The notes under the pieces were generated by a model, which ran no database searches, was not told the DNA's origin, and worked only from the letters and a program-made list of their open reading frames with translations. Below are positions 26,581 to 35,620 of a stretch of DNA of 64,000 nt, in pieces. The DNA is from an uncultured delta proteobacterium (lineage in GTDB: Bacteria > Myxococcota_A > Polyangia > Fen-1088). The stretch's first letter is position 1; every line of letters begins with the position of its first letter. The stretch covers positions 896,001 through 960,000 of the forward strand of contig CAVYGB010000010.1 in the NCBI GenBank assembly GCA_963767925.1, in the 5' to 3' direction. Both the position numbers and the translations under genes were made by a program.

Positions 26581-29010
26581 ATGATGCGTATGGCGGCCGG
26601 GGTCCTGTCGATGACACTCTCGGTGATCATGTCGGAACCAGCAGAGGGGCAGACGCCGTACCGGCTCCCGCCCCGTGAAGTCGTGAAGCTGGTGGACGCG
26701 CCCGCGCCGCCCCTGACCAGCCTGGGGCCGCGTCGGGATGTCCTGGCGCTCGTCGAATACGAGGCCAACCCCCCGGTCGAGCTGCTGGCCCGCCCCTTCC
26801 ACGCGCTGGCGGGGGTGCGCGTGGATCCCGAGCTGGGCGCCGAGCAGCGCACGATCCGCTTCACCAGCCTCGCCCTGCGGCCGCTGGCGGGCAACAGCCC
26901 GCCCGTGAAGATCGCCCTGCCGGCGGGGGCGCGCCTCGGTTATCCCACCTGGTCGCCCGACGGCAGCAAGCTCGCGTTCTCCCGGGACCTCGAGGACGGG
27001 GTCGAGCTGTGGGTGGCGGATGCGGTGACCGGCAAGGCCACGCCGCTGCCCACCCTGCGGGTCAACGACGTGCTCGACGCCCCCTACGAGTGGACCAGCG
27101 ACAGCGTCAACCTGCTGGTGCGGCTGGTCCCCGCGGACCGGGGCAAGCCGCCCGAGCGGCCCCGCCGGCCGCTGGGCCCCATCGTCGAGGAGGCCTCGGG
27201 CAAGTCGTCGAAGCTGGCCACCTACCAGGATCTCCTGCGCAACCCCCACGACGAGGCGCTGTTCGAGCACTTCGGCACCTCGCAGCTCGCCCGCGTGCAC
27301 AGCGGGACCGGGGCGGTCACCCCCCTCGGCAAGCCGGGGCTGATCTACTCGGCGCGGCCCTCGCCCGACGGCAAATACCTCCTCGTCACCCGCCTCAAGC
27401 GGCCCTATTCCTACCGCGTCCCGGCTGGATATTTCTCCCGCACCACCCAGGTCGTCGACTCGGCCGGGAACCTCGTGCGGACCATCTCCGACCTGCCGGT
27501 CTCCGACGAGGTCCCCACCCAGGGCGTGCCCATGGGCCCCCGGGCGGTCCAGTGGCAGATGTTGCACCCGGCCCGGCTGGTCTGGGTCGAGGCGCTCGAC
27601 GGCGGCGATCCGCTGCGCAAGGTGCCCCACCGGGAAGCGGTGTTCGTGCAGGCAGCCCCGTTTTCGGGCAAGCCGGGGGAGCTGTTCCGCATCCAGCACC
27701 GCTTCGCCGGCTTCGAGTGGACGGCCGACAAGGACGAGGTGCTGCTGACCGAGACCGACCGCGACCGCCGCTGGCGCACCACGGTCCACCTGCACCTCGA
27801 CAGGCCGGTCGAGAGCCGGCGGGTGATCTTCGATCTGAGCCAGCGCGACGCTTACGGCGACCCCGGACAGGCCCTGCGCGACCGGCGCCCCGACGGGCAG
27901 ACCGTGCTGCTGCAGGACGGCCCCCACATATACCTCACCGGCCAGGGCGCCACCCCCGAGGGCAACCGCCCCTTCCTCGACAAGCTCGACCTGCGGACGC
28001 TGCACAAGGAGCGGCTCTACCAGTCCGACGCCAGCAGCAACGAGAACGTCGTCACCTTCGCCGGCGCCTCCCGCACCACGCTGATCACCCGCTACGAGAG
28101 CAAGACCGAACCGCCCAACCACTACCTGGTCGACCTGGCCAGCAAGAAGCGCACGGCGATAACCAGCTACCGCGATCCCGCGCCCGAGCTGACCGGCGTC
28201 AAGCGCGAGATCCTGAAGTACCAGCGAGCCGACGGCGTGCCGCTGTCGGGGATGTTGTACCTGCCCCCGGGGTACAAGCCGGGGACCCGCCTGCCCGTGC
28301 TGGTGTGGGCCTACCCGCTCGAGTTCTCCGACGCCGGGACCGCCGGCCAGGTGCGGGCTTCGCCGAGCTCGTTCGTGTTCTACCGGGGGGCCTCGCCCCT
28401 GTTTTTCCTCACCCAGGGCTACGCCGTGCTGATGGACGCCACCATGCCGGTGGTGGGCGATCCCGAGACCATGAACGACACCTTCGTCGATCAGATCGTC
28501 GGGGCGGCGAAGGCGGCGGTCGACAAGCTCACCGAGCTGGGGGTGGCCGATCCCAACCGCATCCTCGTGTCGGGCCACAGCTACGGGGCCTTCATGACCG
28601 CCAACCTGCTGGCCCACAGCGACCTGTTCGCCGCGGGCATCGCCCGCAGCGGGGCCTACAACCGCTCGCTGACGCCCTTCGGGTTCCAGTCGGAGCGGCG
28701 GTCGTTCTGGGAGGCGTCGAACGTCTACATGAACCTGTCCCCGTTCTCCCACGCCCCCAAGATCAAGGAGCCGCTGCTGCTCATCCACGGGGCGGCCGAC
28801 AACAACAGCGGCACCCACACCATGCAGTCGGAGCGGTTCTACGAGGCGGTCAAGGGGAGCGGCGGCACGGTGCGCCTGGTGCTCTTGCCCCACGAGTCGC
28901 ACGGCTACCTGGCGCGCGAGTCGATCCTCCACGCGCTGGCCGAGATGTTCGACTGGGCCGACAAACACGTGAAGAACCGCAAGCCGAAGACCAAGCTGGC
29001 CACGCGCTGA
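26581..29010 (+). CDS. S9 family prolyl-oligopeptidase-like (glutamyl endopeptidase-type) peptidase
   Basis: 'GHSYGAFMTANLL', 'GIARSGAYNR', 'IHGAADNNSGT', 'LPHESHGY'; Ser-Asp-His triad intact. Confidence 0.93.
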   Translation: MMRMAAGVLSMTLSVIMSEPAEGQTPYRLPPREVVKLVDAPAPPLTSLGPRRDVLALVEYEANPPVELLARPFHALAGVRVDPELGAEQRTIRFTSLALRPLAGNSPPVKIALPAGARLGYPTWSPDGSKLAFSRDLEDGVELWVADAVTGKATPLPTLRVNDVLDAPYEWTSDSVNLLVRLVPADRGKPPERPRRPLGPIVEEASGKSSKLATYQDLLRNPHDEALFEHFGTSQLARVHSGTGAVTPLGKPGLIYSARPSPDGKYLLVTRLKRPYSYRVPAGYFSRTTQVVDSAGNLVRTISDLPVSDEVPTQGVPMGPRAVQWQMLHPARLVWVEALDGGDPLRKVPHREAVFVQAAPFSGKPGELFRIQHRFAGFEWTADKDEVLLTETDRDRRWRTTVHLHLDRPVESRRVIFDLSQRDAYGDPGQALRDRRPDGQTVLLQDGPHIYLTGQGATPEGNRPFLDKLDLRTLHKERLYQSDASSNENVVTFAGASRTTLITRYESKTEPPNHYLVDLASKKRTAITSYRDPAPELTGVKREILKYQRADGVPLSGMLYLPPGYKPGTRLPVLVWAYPLEFSDAGTAGQVRASPSSFVFYRGASPLFFLTQGYAVLMDATMPVVGDPETMNDTFVDQIVGAAKAAVDKLTELGVADPNRILVSGHSYGAFMTANLLAHSDLFAAGIARSGAYNRSLTPFGFQSERRSFWEASNVYMNLSPFSHAPKIKEPLLLIHGAADNNSGTHTMQSERFYEAVKGSGGTVRLVLLPHESHGYLARESILHALAEMFDWADKHVKNRKPKTKLATR

Positions 29011-29213
29011 GCGATCGCTCTTCCGGACCGGCCACCGTAGCGCTGGAGACAACAGGGGGTGTTGTCCAGGGGGCAACATCGCGGAGCGCCAGCGCGGATC
29101 GCGCGGGCGGCGCGGATCGCGGCGGGTGGGGGCAGGGCCGCGATCTCGTTGGCGTTTTACGATTGTAGGTTTCCTTACGTTAGTTATGCACAGTTCATGC
29201 AGACGTCCCCGGT

Positions 29214-31826
29214 ATGGCCGGTTTGGCAATGTTGCGGGGACGGGCGACGGCGGGTCGGGCGGGGCAAGGAATGCTGCTCATCGGAGTGCTGCTGGGCGCC
29301 GGGTGCGTGCCGGGGGAGGTCCTCGATCCCACGGTGCCCGAGGAGGTCTTGCCCCACGAGGAGCAGGAGCAGGCCATCCAGGGTGAGAACCTCGGCGGCG
29401 GCAACCTGGCGGGCGCCAACCTCGGAGGGGCCAACCTGGCGGGGTCGAACCTCGGGGGGGCCAACCTCGGCGGCACCAACCTGACCGGCTCGAACCTCGG
29501 CGGCTCCAACCTCGGGGGGACCAACCTGGGGGGCAACAACCTCGGCGCCAACAATCTGGCCGCCACCAACCTCGGCGGCTCGAACCTGGCGGGGTCGAAC
29601 CTCGGCGGCTCGAACCTGGCGGGGTCGAACCTCGGCGGCTCGAACCTGGGGGGATCGAACCTCGGCGGCAGCAACCAGGCGGGCAACAACCTCGGCGGCA
29701 CCAACCTCGGCGGCTCGAACCTGGCCGGCAGCAACAGCGGTCTGAACATCCACACCCTCGCCGGCGGCATGACCGGCATGCTCCACAGCGGGGAGGACCT
29801 GCGGCCCAAGAGCGGCCAGTGCATCGTCTTCGGCATCGGCTCGACCGCCTTCCCGAAGCTGCTCGGCCAGCAGAGCGCGGCGGCCAAGATCTCGGTGGCC
29901 CTCGGCATGTTGCCCTGGGGCTTCTCCAGCACCCGGGGCGGGCCGGTGGCCCTGCGCGCCTGGGAGGCGGTGGTCTGGGGCGACCGCACCTACTGCGTGT
30001 TCGTGCTGGCGGCGCCCCCCGCGGCGACCTGGCCGGGCGTGGCCGGGTTCGTCAAGGCGGTGTTCCGCTGGAACGCGCCCCCCAGCCAGACCGTCGAGAT
30101 CAGCGGCATCGAGGCCAGCTTGCCCCGCGATCCCACCACCTCGAGCGCCATCGTCTCTTACACCGGGATGATGAACGCGGCGGCCCGCTTCCGGGCCGGG
30201 ACCCTCGGGGAGAAGGCCTTCGTCGCCGGAGAGCTGGCCTTCGCCAGCGCCACCACCAACAACCAGTCGGTGCTTGTCGACTTCTCCTCCTGGGTGCAGG
30301 ACCGCAACGGCGCGGCCCTCGTGCTCGGCAACGTGCAGGCCTCCGGCCCTCCCCGCTATGCCGAGGCGCTGTACATCGCCCTCGACAACGGGGACGGCAC
30401 GGTGAGCGTCGTCCTCGACGACGCCGCCTCGCGGGCCACCCGCATGCCGGCCGGCATGATCGACAGCGTCGTCGATCTCAACGCGGCCTACCGGGCCTTC
30501 CAGGACGGCATCGGCCCCAAGCCGATCCCCCGCCGCTGCGGGGGCGCCCTCTTCCTGAAGACCCGGTTCGGCGAGCCGGTGCCGGCGGGCAAGTGCGACG
30601 ACGGCCTCACCTGGACCCCCGCCTTCTGCCTCAAGGGGGCCAGCCCCTGGTCGACCGTCTCCGGCACGACCGGGCCGATGAACGGCTACATGCAGCTCAC
30701 CCAGGCCGGCGGGGCCTACCAGCGCGGGCAGATCGTCGACAACACCTGCACCGACCTCAAGCCGGTGCTGAGCGAGACCTACGTGCACATGTGGGAGAAG
30801 AACTACGACCTCACCGGTCCCTGCACGCCGGAGAGCAACGCCACCTTCTGCGCCCGCCTGGGGCGCAACTGCGGCGCGGTCACCGAGGCCGACAACTGCG
30901 GCACCGTGCGCACGGTGGCGAGCTGCGGGGCCTGCGCCGGGGCGGAGATCTGCGGGGGCGACGGCACGGCCAACGTGTGCGCCATCCGCAGCACCAGCTA
31001 CGAGGCGGAGTCGGCCAGCAACGGCTTCGCGGGCAAGGCCATCCCCGCGGCCTGCGCGGAGGCCTTCTCCAAGTTCGGCCACGACTCCAGCACCGAGGCG
31101 GCCGCCGGCACCTGCTCGGGCGGCTACAAGGTGCGCTTCCTCGGGGACACAAGCTCGAACCACGTCACCATCAACAACGTCTCGGCCCCGGCGGCCGGCA
31201 CTTACGCCATGCGGGTGTACGCCTACGCGGTCGAGCCGCGCAGCTTCTACGTCAGCGTCAACGGCGCCTCGGGCCGGCAGCTCGTGGTGCAGAGCCCCGG
31301 CTGGTACGCCCAGATCGCGGTCGACACCACCGTGACGCTGAAGGCGGGCGACAACAGCATCCGGTTTTACAACAACGACGACTGGGGCCCCGACCTCGAC
31401 CGCATCGTGGTGGCCACGGCCGCGGCCGGCAGCAGCCCGGCGCCGACCCCCACCCCGCCGCCGCCCCCGCCGGCCGGCGGCGCGATCTGCGGCTTCAGCG
31501 TCACGAAGAACAGCTACGACGGGGGCGCCTGGTGGGGCACCATCACGGTGAAGAACACCGGCAGCGCCGCGGTCACGAGCTTCAAGGTGGAGCTCGACGT
31601 CCCCTCGGGCGGCCACTGCACCAACGACGCCCTCCCGGTGGGGGCCAAGCTGTCGCCCCTCAAGGGCAGCGGCTCCTCGGCCTACACCACCTCGAACCAC
31701 TGCGTGTTCACCTGGGCCAGCACCCGGCTGGCGGCGGGCGCCTCGCTGACCTTCAACTATTCGAGCGACCGCCAGAACTTCAGCGCCGCCAGCAACGTGA
31801 AGGCCGGCCCCACCATCTGCCCGTGA
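29214..31826 (+). CDS. Lipoprotein: pentapeptide repeats, unknown central domain, Cys-rich motif, CBM6/35-like and CBM2-like modules
   Basis: Lipobox 'LGAGC', 23 NL(G/A)G(S/T/A/N) repeats, 'YEAES...LKAGDNSIRF...PDLDRI' (CBM6/35), Pro/Thr linker, 'WWGTITVKNTG...LAAGASLTFNY' (CBM2). Start may be 29271. Confidence 0.8.
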   Translation: MAGLAMLRGRATAGRAGQGMLLIGVLLGAGCVPGEVLDPTVPEEVLPHEEQEQAIQGENLGGGNLAGANLGGANLAGSNLGGANLGGTNLTGSNLGGSNLGGTNLGGNNLGANNLAATNLGGSNLAGSNLGGSNLAGSNLGGSNLGGSNLGGSNQAGNNLGGTNLGGSNLAGSNSGLNIHTLAGGMTGMLHSGEDLRPKSGQCIVFGIGSTAFPKLLGQQSAAAKISVALGMLPWGFSSTRGGPVALRAWEAVVWGDRTYCVFVLAAPPAATWPGVAGFVKAVFRWNAPPSQTVEISGIEASLPRDPTTSSAIVSYTGMMNAAARFRAGTLGEKAFVAGELAFASATTNNQSVLVDFSSWVQDRNGAALVLGNVQASGPPRYAEALYIALDNGDGTVSVVLDDAASRATRMPAGMIDSVVDLNAAYRAFQDGIGPKPIPRRCGGALFLKTRFGEPVPAGKCDDGLTWTPAFCLKGASPWSTVSGTTGPMNGYMQLTQAGGAYQRGQIVDNTCTDLKPVLSETYVHMWEKNYDLTGPCTPESNATFCARLGRNCGAVTEADNCGTVRTVASCGACAGAEICGGDGTANVCAIRSTSYEAESASNGFAGKAIPAACAEAFSKFGHDSSTEAAAGTCSGGYKVRFLGDTSSNHVTINNVSAPAAGTYAMRVYAYAVEPRSFYVSVNGASGRQLVVQSPGWYAQIAVDTTVTLKAGDNSIRFYNNDDWGPDLDRIVVATAAAGSSPAPTPTPPPPPPAGGAICGFSVTKNSYDGGAWWGTITVKNTGSAAVTSFKVELDVPSGGHCTNDALPVGAKLSPLKGSGSSAYTTSNHCVFTWASTRLAAGASLTFNYSSDRQNFSAASNVKAGPTICP
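29388..29732 (+). repeat. 15-bp coding tandem repeat, 23 units
   Basis: AACCT(C/G)G(G/C)... units such as AACCTCGGCGGCTCG, counted from the translation. Confidence 0.92.
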
Positions 31827-31917
31827 CCGGCGGGCGCATCCGAAGCAACAAGGTTTCCGGGGAGCCGGCCGGTCGGGCGCGCGATGATCGCACGGCGGCC
31901 GGTGTATGGTGGGCCAC

Positions 31918-32919
31918 ATGGAGAGTTCCGCCAGAATCGAGGATCCCCGGGAAGCCGACGAGGAGACGCTGGTAGCCCGGATAGAGCAGGCCATGCGGCG
32001 CCAGCTCGAGAAGGACTATCTTCCGGATCAGACCAAGCGCGACGCCCACCCCAAACACACCGGGCTGCTGGAGGCGGTCTTCACGGTCCCCCCCGGTCTG
32101 CCGGCCGAGCTGCGGGTGGGCATGTTCGCCGAGGCGCGCACCTACAAGGCCTGGGTGCGCACCTCGAACGCCAGCGGCAAGCCCCAGTCGGACGCGGCCC
32201 CCGACTTCCGTGGCTTCGCCATCAAGGTGCTCGACGTGGCGGGCGACAAGATCCCGGAGAGCGACGAGCCACGCAACCAGGACTTCGTGCTGCTGAGCAA
32301 TCCCAGCATGCCCCTCGGGACGGTCCGCCTGTTCCACGACGCCATCGTGCTGAGCAGCCGCTACTCGCCCCTGCTGTTCGTGGGCAAGATGTTGCTGACC
32401 GGCCAGGGGCACGTGCTCAAGGGGCTCGCCGCCGGGAAGATCTTGCCCCCCTCGCCGCTCGAGATCCGCTACTGGAGCACCACGCCTTACCTGTTCGGGC
32501 CCGACCGGGCGGTGAAATATTCGCTGCTGCCCACCTCGGGCGTCTCCTCGCCGGTCCCCAGCGCGCCGGCGGCCGGCTACCTCACCGACGCCATGGAGAA
32601 GCGGCTGACCGAGCGCCGGCAGGAGGCGACCTTCGACTTCTCCGTGCAGGTCCGCAAGGGGGACATGCCCCTGCACGACTCGGCCCCCCGCTGGGACGAG
32701 ACCGTGTCGCCGTTCATCAAGGTGGCGACCCTGACCATCCCGGCCCAGACCTTCCGGACCGAGGAGCGCAACCGCCTGGCCGAAGTGCTGAGCTTCTCGC
32801 CCGCCCACGCCCGGGTGGAGCACCGCCCGCTGGCCAGCGTGAACCGCGCCCGCATGCGGGTGTACCGGGCCAACTCGGACTTCCGCCACCAGCGCAGCGG
32901 GACGCCCCGCTTCGAGTAG
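31918..32919 (+). CDS. Small catalase-like heme protein
   Basis: 'KRDAHPKHTG' (distal His), 'VRTSNA', 'DFRGFAIK', 'QDFVL', 'HRPLASVNRARMRVY' (proximal Tyr). Confidence 0.85.
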   Translation: MESSARIEDPREADEETLVARIEQAMRRQLEKDYLPDQTKRDAHPKHTGLLEAVFTVPPGLPAELRVGMFAEARTYKAWVRTSNASGKPQSDAAPDFRGFAIKVLDVAGDKIPESDEPRNQDFVLLSNPSMPLGTVRLFHDAIVLSSRYSPLLFVGKMLLTGQGHVLKGLAAGKILPPSPLEIRYWSTTPYLFGPDRAVKYSLLPTSGVSSPVPSAPAAGYLTDAMEKRLTERRQEATFDFSVQVRKGDMPLHDSAPRWDETVSPFIKVATLTIPAQTFRTEERNRLAEVLSFSPAHARVEHRPLASVNRARMRVYRANSDFRHQRSGTPRFE

Positions 32920-32925
32920 GGCGCG

Positions 32926-32975
32926 GACCCCTGACCCTTGCCCTCTCCCCGCGGCAGACCGCGGGGCGAGGGCAA
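32926..32975. repeat. REP-like palindromic element, copy 2
   Basis: GACCCCTGACCCTTGCCCTCTCCCCGCGG-CAGA-CCGCGGGGCGAGGGCAA. Confidence 0.8.
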
Positions 32976-33022
32976 ACAGTCAGCGGGGGGCAACATCCGG
33001 CTTTGGGCAACGTTCGAGTTTG

Positions 33023-33919
33023 TCAGCGGGGTCGGGGGGTGACGGTGGGGAGGGGGATGGTCACGTTGTCGGCGACGGCGATGTCGGCGGCCTCGAGGAG
33101 GGCGCGGTGGGCGAGCGCGCCGGCGCCGCCGATGATCACCTGGGGGGACGAGCGGGCGTGGGACCGGATGCGCGCGACGAGGGTCCGCACGCGATCGGCG
33201 TTGCCCTCCATGGTGAGCGAGAGGGCGAGGAGGTCGGCGTGGGCCCGCTGGACGGCGTCGATGAGGTCGTCGTCGGGCACGTTGGCGCCCAGGTAGATGA
33301 CGTGCCAGCCCACCGCCGCCGCGTGCACCGCGAAGGTGAGCAGGGCCCCCTCGTGCTGCTCGCCGGCCGGGCAGGCGCACACCGCCCGGGGTCCGTCGGG
33401 CGGGTGGTCGAACAGATCGAGGGTGCGCACGAGGCGGGCGCGCAGCAGGGCCGAGCCGAAGTGTTCCATCGCTACCGTGATCTCTCCCCGGTGCCAGGCG
33501 TCGCCGATGGCCCGCAGCAGCGGCAGCAACACGTCCCGGCACAGGGCCACCGGGGCGAGCGCACCCGCGAAGCGATCCACCACGGCGTCGAGTTGGTCGC
33601 GGTCGAAGCGCCGGAGCGCCTCGAGCACCTCTCCCACCGCCGCCTCCCCGAGCGACGACCCGGGGGGGCCGCCCGGCGTGGTTGAAGGCGCGGCGGCGGC
33701 GAGCAGACGGTCCTCGTCGAGGCGAGCGACCTCCCCGATCGAGAGCCCTCCCTCGACGAGGGTCCGGGCGCCCTTGAGGATGGCGACCGCCCGATCGGTA
33801 TACAGCCGATAGCGGCCGGCCGAGCGCTCGGGCCGGACCAGGCCGTAGCGCCGTTCCCACGCCCGGATGAGCTCCGGGGTGAGGCCGGTGATTCGGGCGA
33901 CCGCCCGGATTCGATACAC
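33023..33919 (-). CDS. carH: MerR-family cobalamin-binding transcriptional regulator (CarH/LitR-type photoreceptor)
   Basis: 'IRAWERRYGL..P.R....RLY', W-x9-EH ('W-HRGEITVAM-EH'), 'GEQHEG', 'YLGANVP'. Confidence 0.88.
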   Translation of the reverse strand: MYRIRAVARITGLTPELIRAWERRYGLVRPERSAGRYRLYTDRAVAILKGARTLVEGGLSIGEVARLDEDRLLAAAAPSTTPGGPPGSSLGEAAVGEVLEALRRFDRDQLDAVVDRFAGALAPVALCRDVLLPLLRAIGDAWHRGEITVAMEHFGSALLRARLVRTLDLFDHPPDGPRAVCACPAGEQHEGALLTFAVHAAAVGWHVIYLGANVPDDDLIDAVQRAHADLLALSLTMEGNADRVRTLVARIRSHARSSPQVIIGGAGALAHRALLEAADIAVADNVTIPLPTVTPRPR

Positions 33920-33989
33920 GTCTTGAGAGTCTTCTCGGGCCCTCCGGTAGTCAATGTTTGTTCAAGGTCTGGGTGACCCTTGACCGGAT

Positions 33990-34021
33990 TGTACAAGGTT
34001 GATGTGGACAAACCTTATACA
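33990..34021. promoter_or_regulatory. Candidate CarH operator (inverted repeat with TnnACA boxes)
   Basis: TGTACAAGGTT-N10-AACCTTATACA (10/11 inverted match). TGGACA (34005) and TATACA (34016) are 11 bp apart. TTGACC (-35-like) at 33980. Confidence 0.7.
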
Positions 34022-34067
34022 GAGCCCCATCTTCTCCCCAGAGGACGGAACGAGAGGGGCAAAGCGA

Positions 34068-34604
34068 ATGGATCGGAAGACAATATCCAGCAATATCAGC
34101 GATTTGATGCGACGAAGCGGCGAACGGGCCAAGCTGATGCGCGCCGCGGCACGCATCTCGCCCGAAGACGCCGAGGATGCCCTGCAGGACGGCTTTGTCC
34201 AGGCTTTGGCCAATGCAGCCGCCTTCCGGGAGGAGGCCCGCACGTCCACCTGGCTGTACCGGGTGGTGGTCAACGCGGCCCTCATGCGGCGGCGCAAGGC
34301 GCGGCGGGCGACCCACTACGCCGAGGCCGCGACCCGCTCCACAGGCGACGCCCCCTGGGCCACCGGCGGCTCGGGAGACGAGCCCCCCGACAGCCTGCTC
34401 AGCCGCCAGGAGGAGGGCGAGCGGGTGCGGGCCGCGGTGCGGGACCTGCCCGAGCGCTACCGGGCGGCGATCGAGGACTGGCTGCTCGCCGAACGCGAAC
34501 CCGGCCAGGCAGCCAACGACCTCGGCATCACCCGGAGCTGCCTGCGCACGCGGGTGTCCCGCGCCCGGCAACAGCTCGCCGTTCGTCTCCACCGGGCCGC
34601 CTGA
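34068..34604 (+). CDS. ECF sigma factor (LitS-like position)
   Basis: 'DAEDALQDGF....AFREEARTSTWLYRVVVNAAL', 'LPERYR', 'LGIT.S.LRTRVSRAR'. Purine-rich SD upstream. Confidence 0.88.
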   Translation: MDRKTISSNISDLMRRSGERAKLMRAAARISPEDAEDALQDGFVQALANAAAFREEARTSTWLYRVVVNAALMRRRKARRATHYAEAATRSTGDAPWATGGSGDEPPDSLLSRQEEGERVRAAVRDLPERYRAAIEDWLLAEREPGQAANDLGITRSCLRTRVSRARQQLAVRLHRAA

Positions 34605-34631
34605 CCGGGGCCGGCCACCGCGAGACCGACC

Positions 34632-35588
34632 ATGGCGACAGCGAAGCGCGGGCCCCGTCTGGGGCTCTGCTGCACCTTCCTCGAGGCGCCGATCCGCTTC
34701 CGGACCACCACCGCGCGGTACCTCGGGACGTTGAAGGCGGGGGAGCGGCGGGCGTTTCTCGGGGCCCTGCTGCTCGACAACGCGGCGGCGCTGGAGCGGG
34801 CGGTGGCCTGGTGTCGGGCCCACGGCGTGGGCGCCTTCCGGATCACGAGCCAGCTCTTCCCGGTATACACCCACCCCGCGGTGGGCTACCGCTGGCAGGA
34901 CCTGCCGACCGCCGCGCCGATCGCGGCCGCCTTGCGCCGGGTCCGGCTGGCGGCGCGCGCGGACGATCTGCGGCTCAGCTTCCACCCCGACCAGTTCGTG
35001 GTGCCAGGATCGCTGTCCGAGGCGGTGGTGCGGGCGTCGCTGGCGGAGCTGGAGTATCAGGGCGAGGTGGCTACGCTCGTCGGCGCCACCCAGATCACGC
35101 TCCACGGCGGCGGGGCCGAGGCGGGCAAGGAGGGGGGCAAGGCGCGCTCGCTGGCCCGGCTGCAGCGCGGGCTCGACCGCCTGTCGGACCGGGCGCGCCA
35201 GCTCGTGGTCCTCGAGAACGACGACCGGGTGTACACGCCGCGGGATCTCCTGCCGCTGTGCCAGGCCGCCGGTTTGCGCTTCGTCTACGACGTGCACCAC
35301 CACCGCTGCCTGCCCGACGGCCTCTCGATCGAGGAGGCGACCGAGCGGGCGAGCGCGACCTGGGGGGAGGCGGAGCCCTGGATGCACGTGTCGAGCCCCG
35401 CCGAGGGCTGGCGCGGCTCGAACCCCCGCCCGCACCACGACCGGGTGTTCCTGCGCGACTTCCCCGCGCTCTGGCGGCAGCGGCGGATCACCGTCGACGT
35501 GGAGGCCAAGGACAAGGAGGTCGCCGTCCTCACCCTCGCCCGCGCCCTCCGGCTGGCCCCGCCCCTGCGCGCCGTCCGCCGCGGGTAG
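34632..35588 (+). CDS. uvsE: UV DNA damage endonuclease
   Basis: 'RLGLCC', 'FRITSQLFP', 'RLSFHPDQF', 'LENDD', 'YDVHHH', 'HVSSP', 'VEAKDKE'. Confidence 0.93.
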   Translation: MATAKRGPRLGLCCTFLEAPIRFRTTTARYLGTLKAGERRAFLGALLLDNAAALERAVAWCRAHGVGAFRITSQLFPVYTHPAVGYRWQDLPTAAPIAAALRRVRLAARADDLRLSFHPDQFVVPGSLSEAVVRASLAELEYQGEVATLVGATQITLHGGGAEAGKEGGKARSLARLQRGLDRLSDRARQLVVLENDDRVYTPRDLLPLCQAAGLRFVYDVHHHRCLPDGLSIEEATERASATWGEAEPWMHVSSPAEGWRGSNPRPHHDRVFLRDFPALWRQRRITVDVEAKDKEVAVLTLARALRLAPPLRAVRRG

Positions 35589-35620
35589 CGACGTCTCCGG
35601 GCCGCGGTATGCTGACCGCC

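Noticed and set aside
29079..29150. Short GCGCGGATCGCG direct repeat
   Set aside because: Only two copies of a GC-rich 12-mer; compatible with chance or a terminator hairpin.
29388..29732. Possible CRISPR or non-coding array
   Set aside because: Contiguous in-frame 15-bp units with synonymous variation, no spacers and no cas genes.
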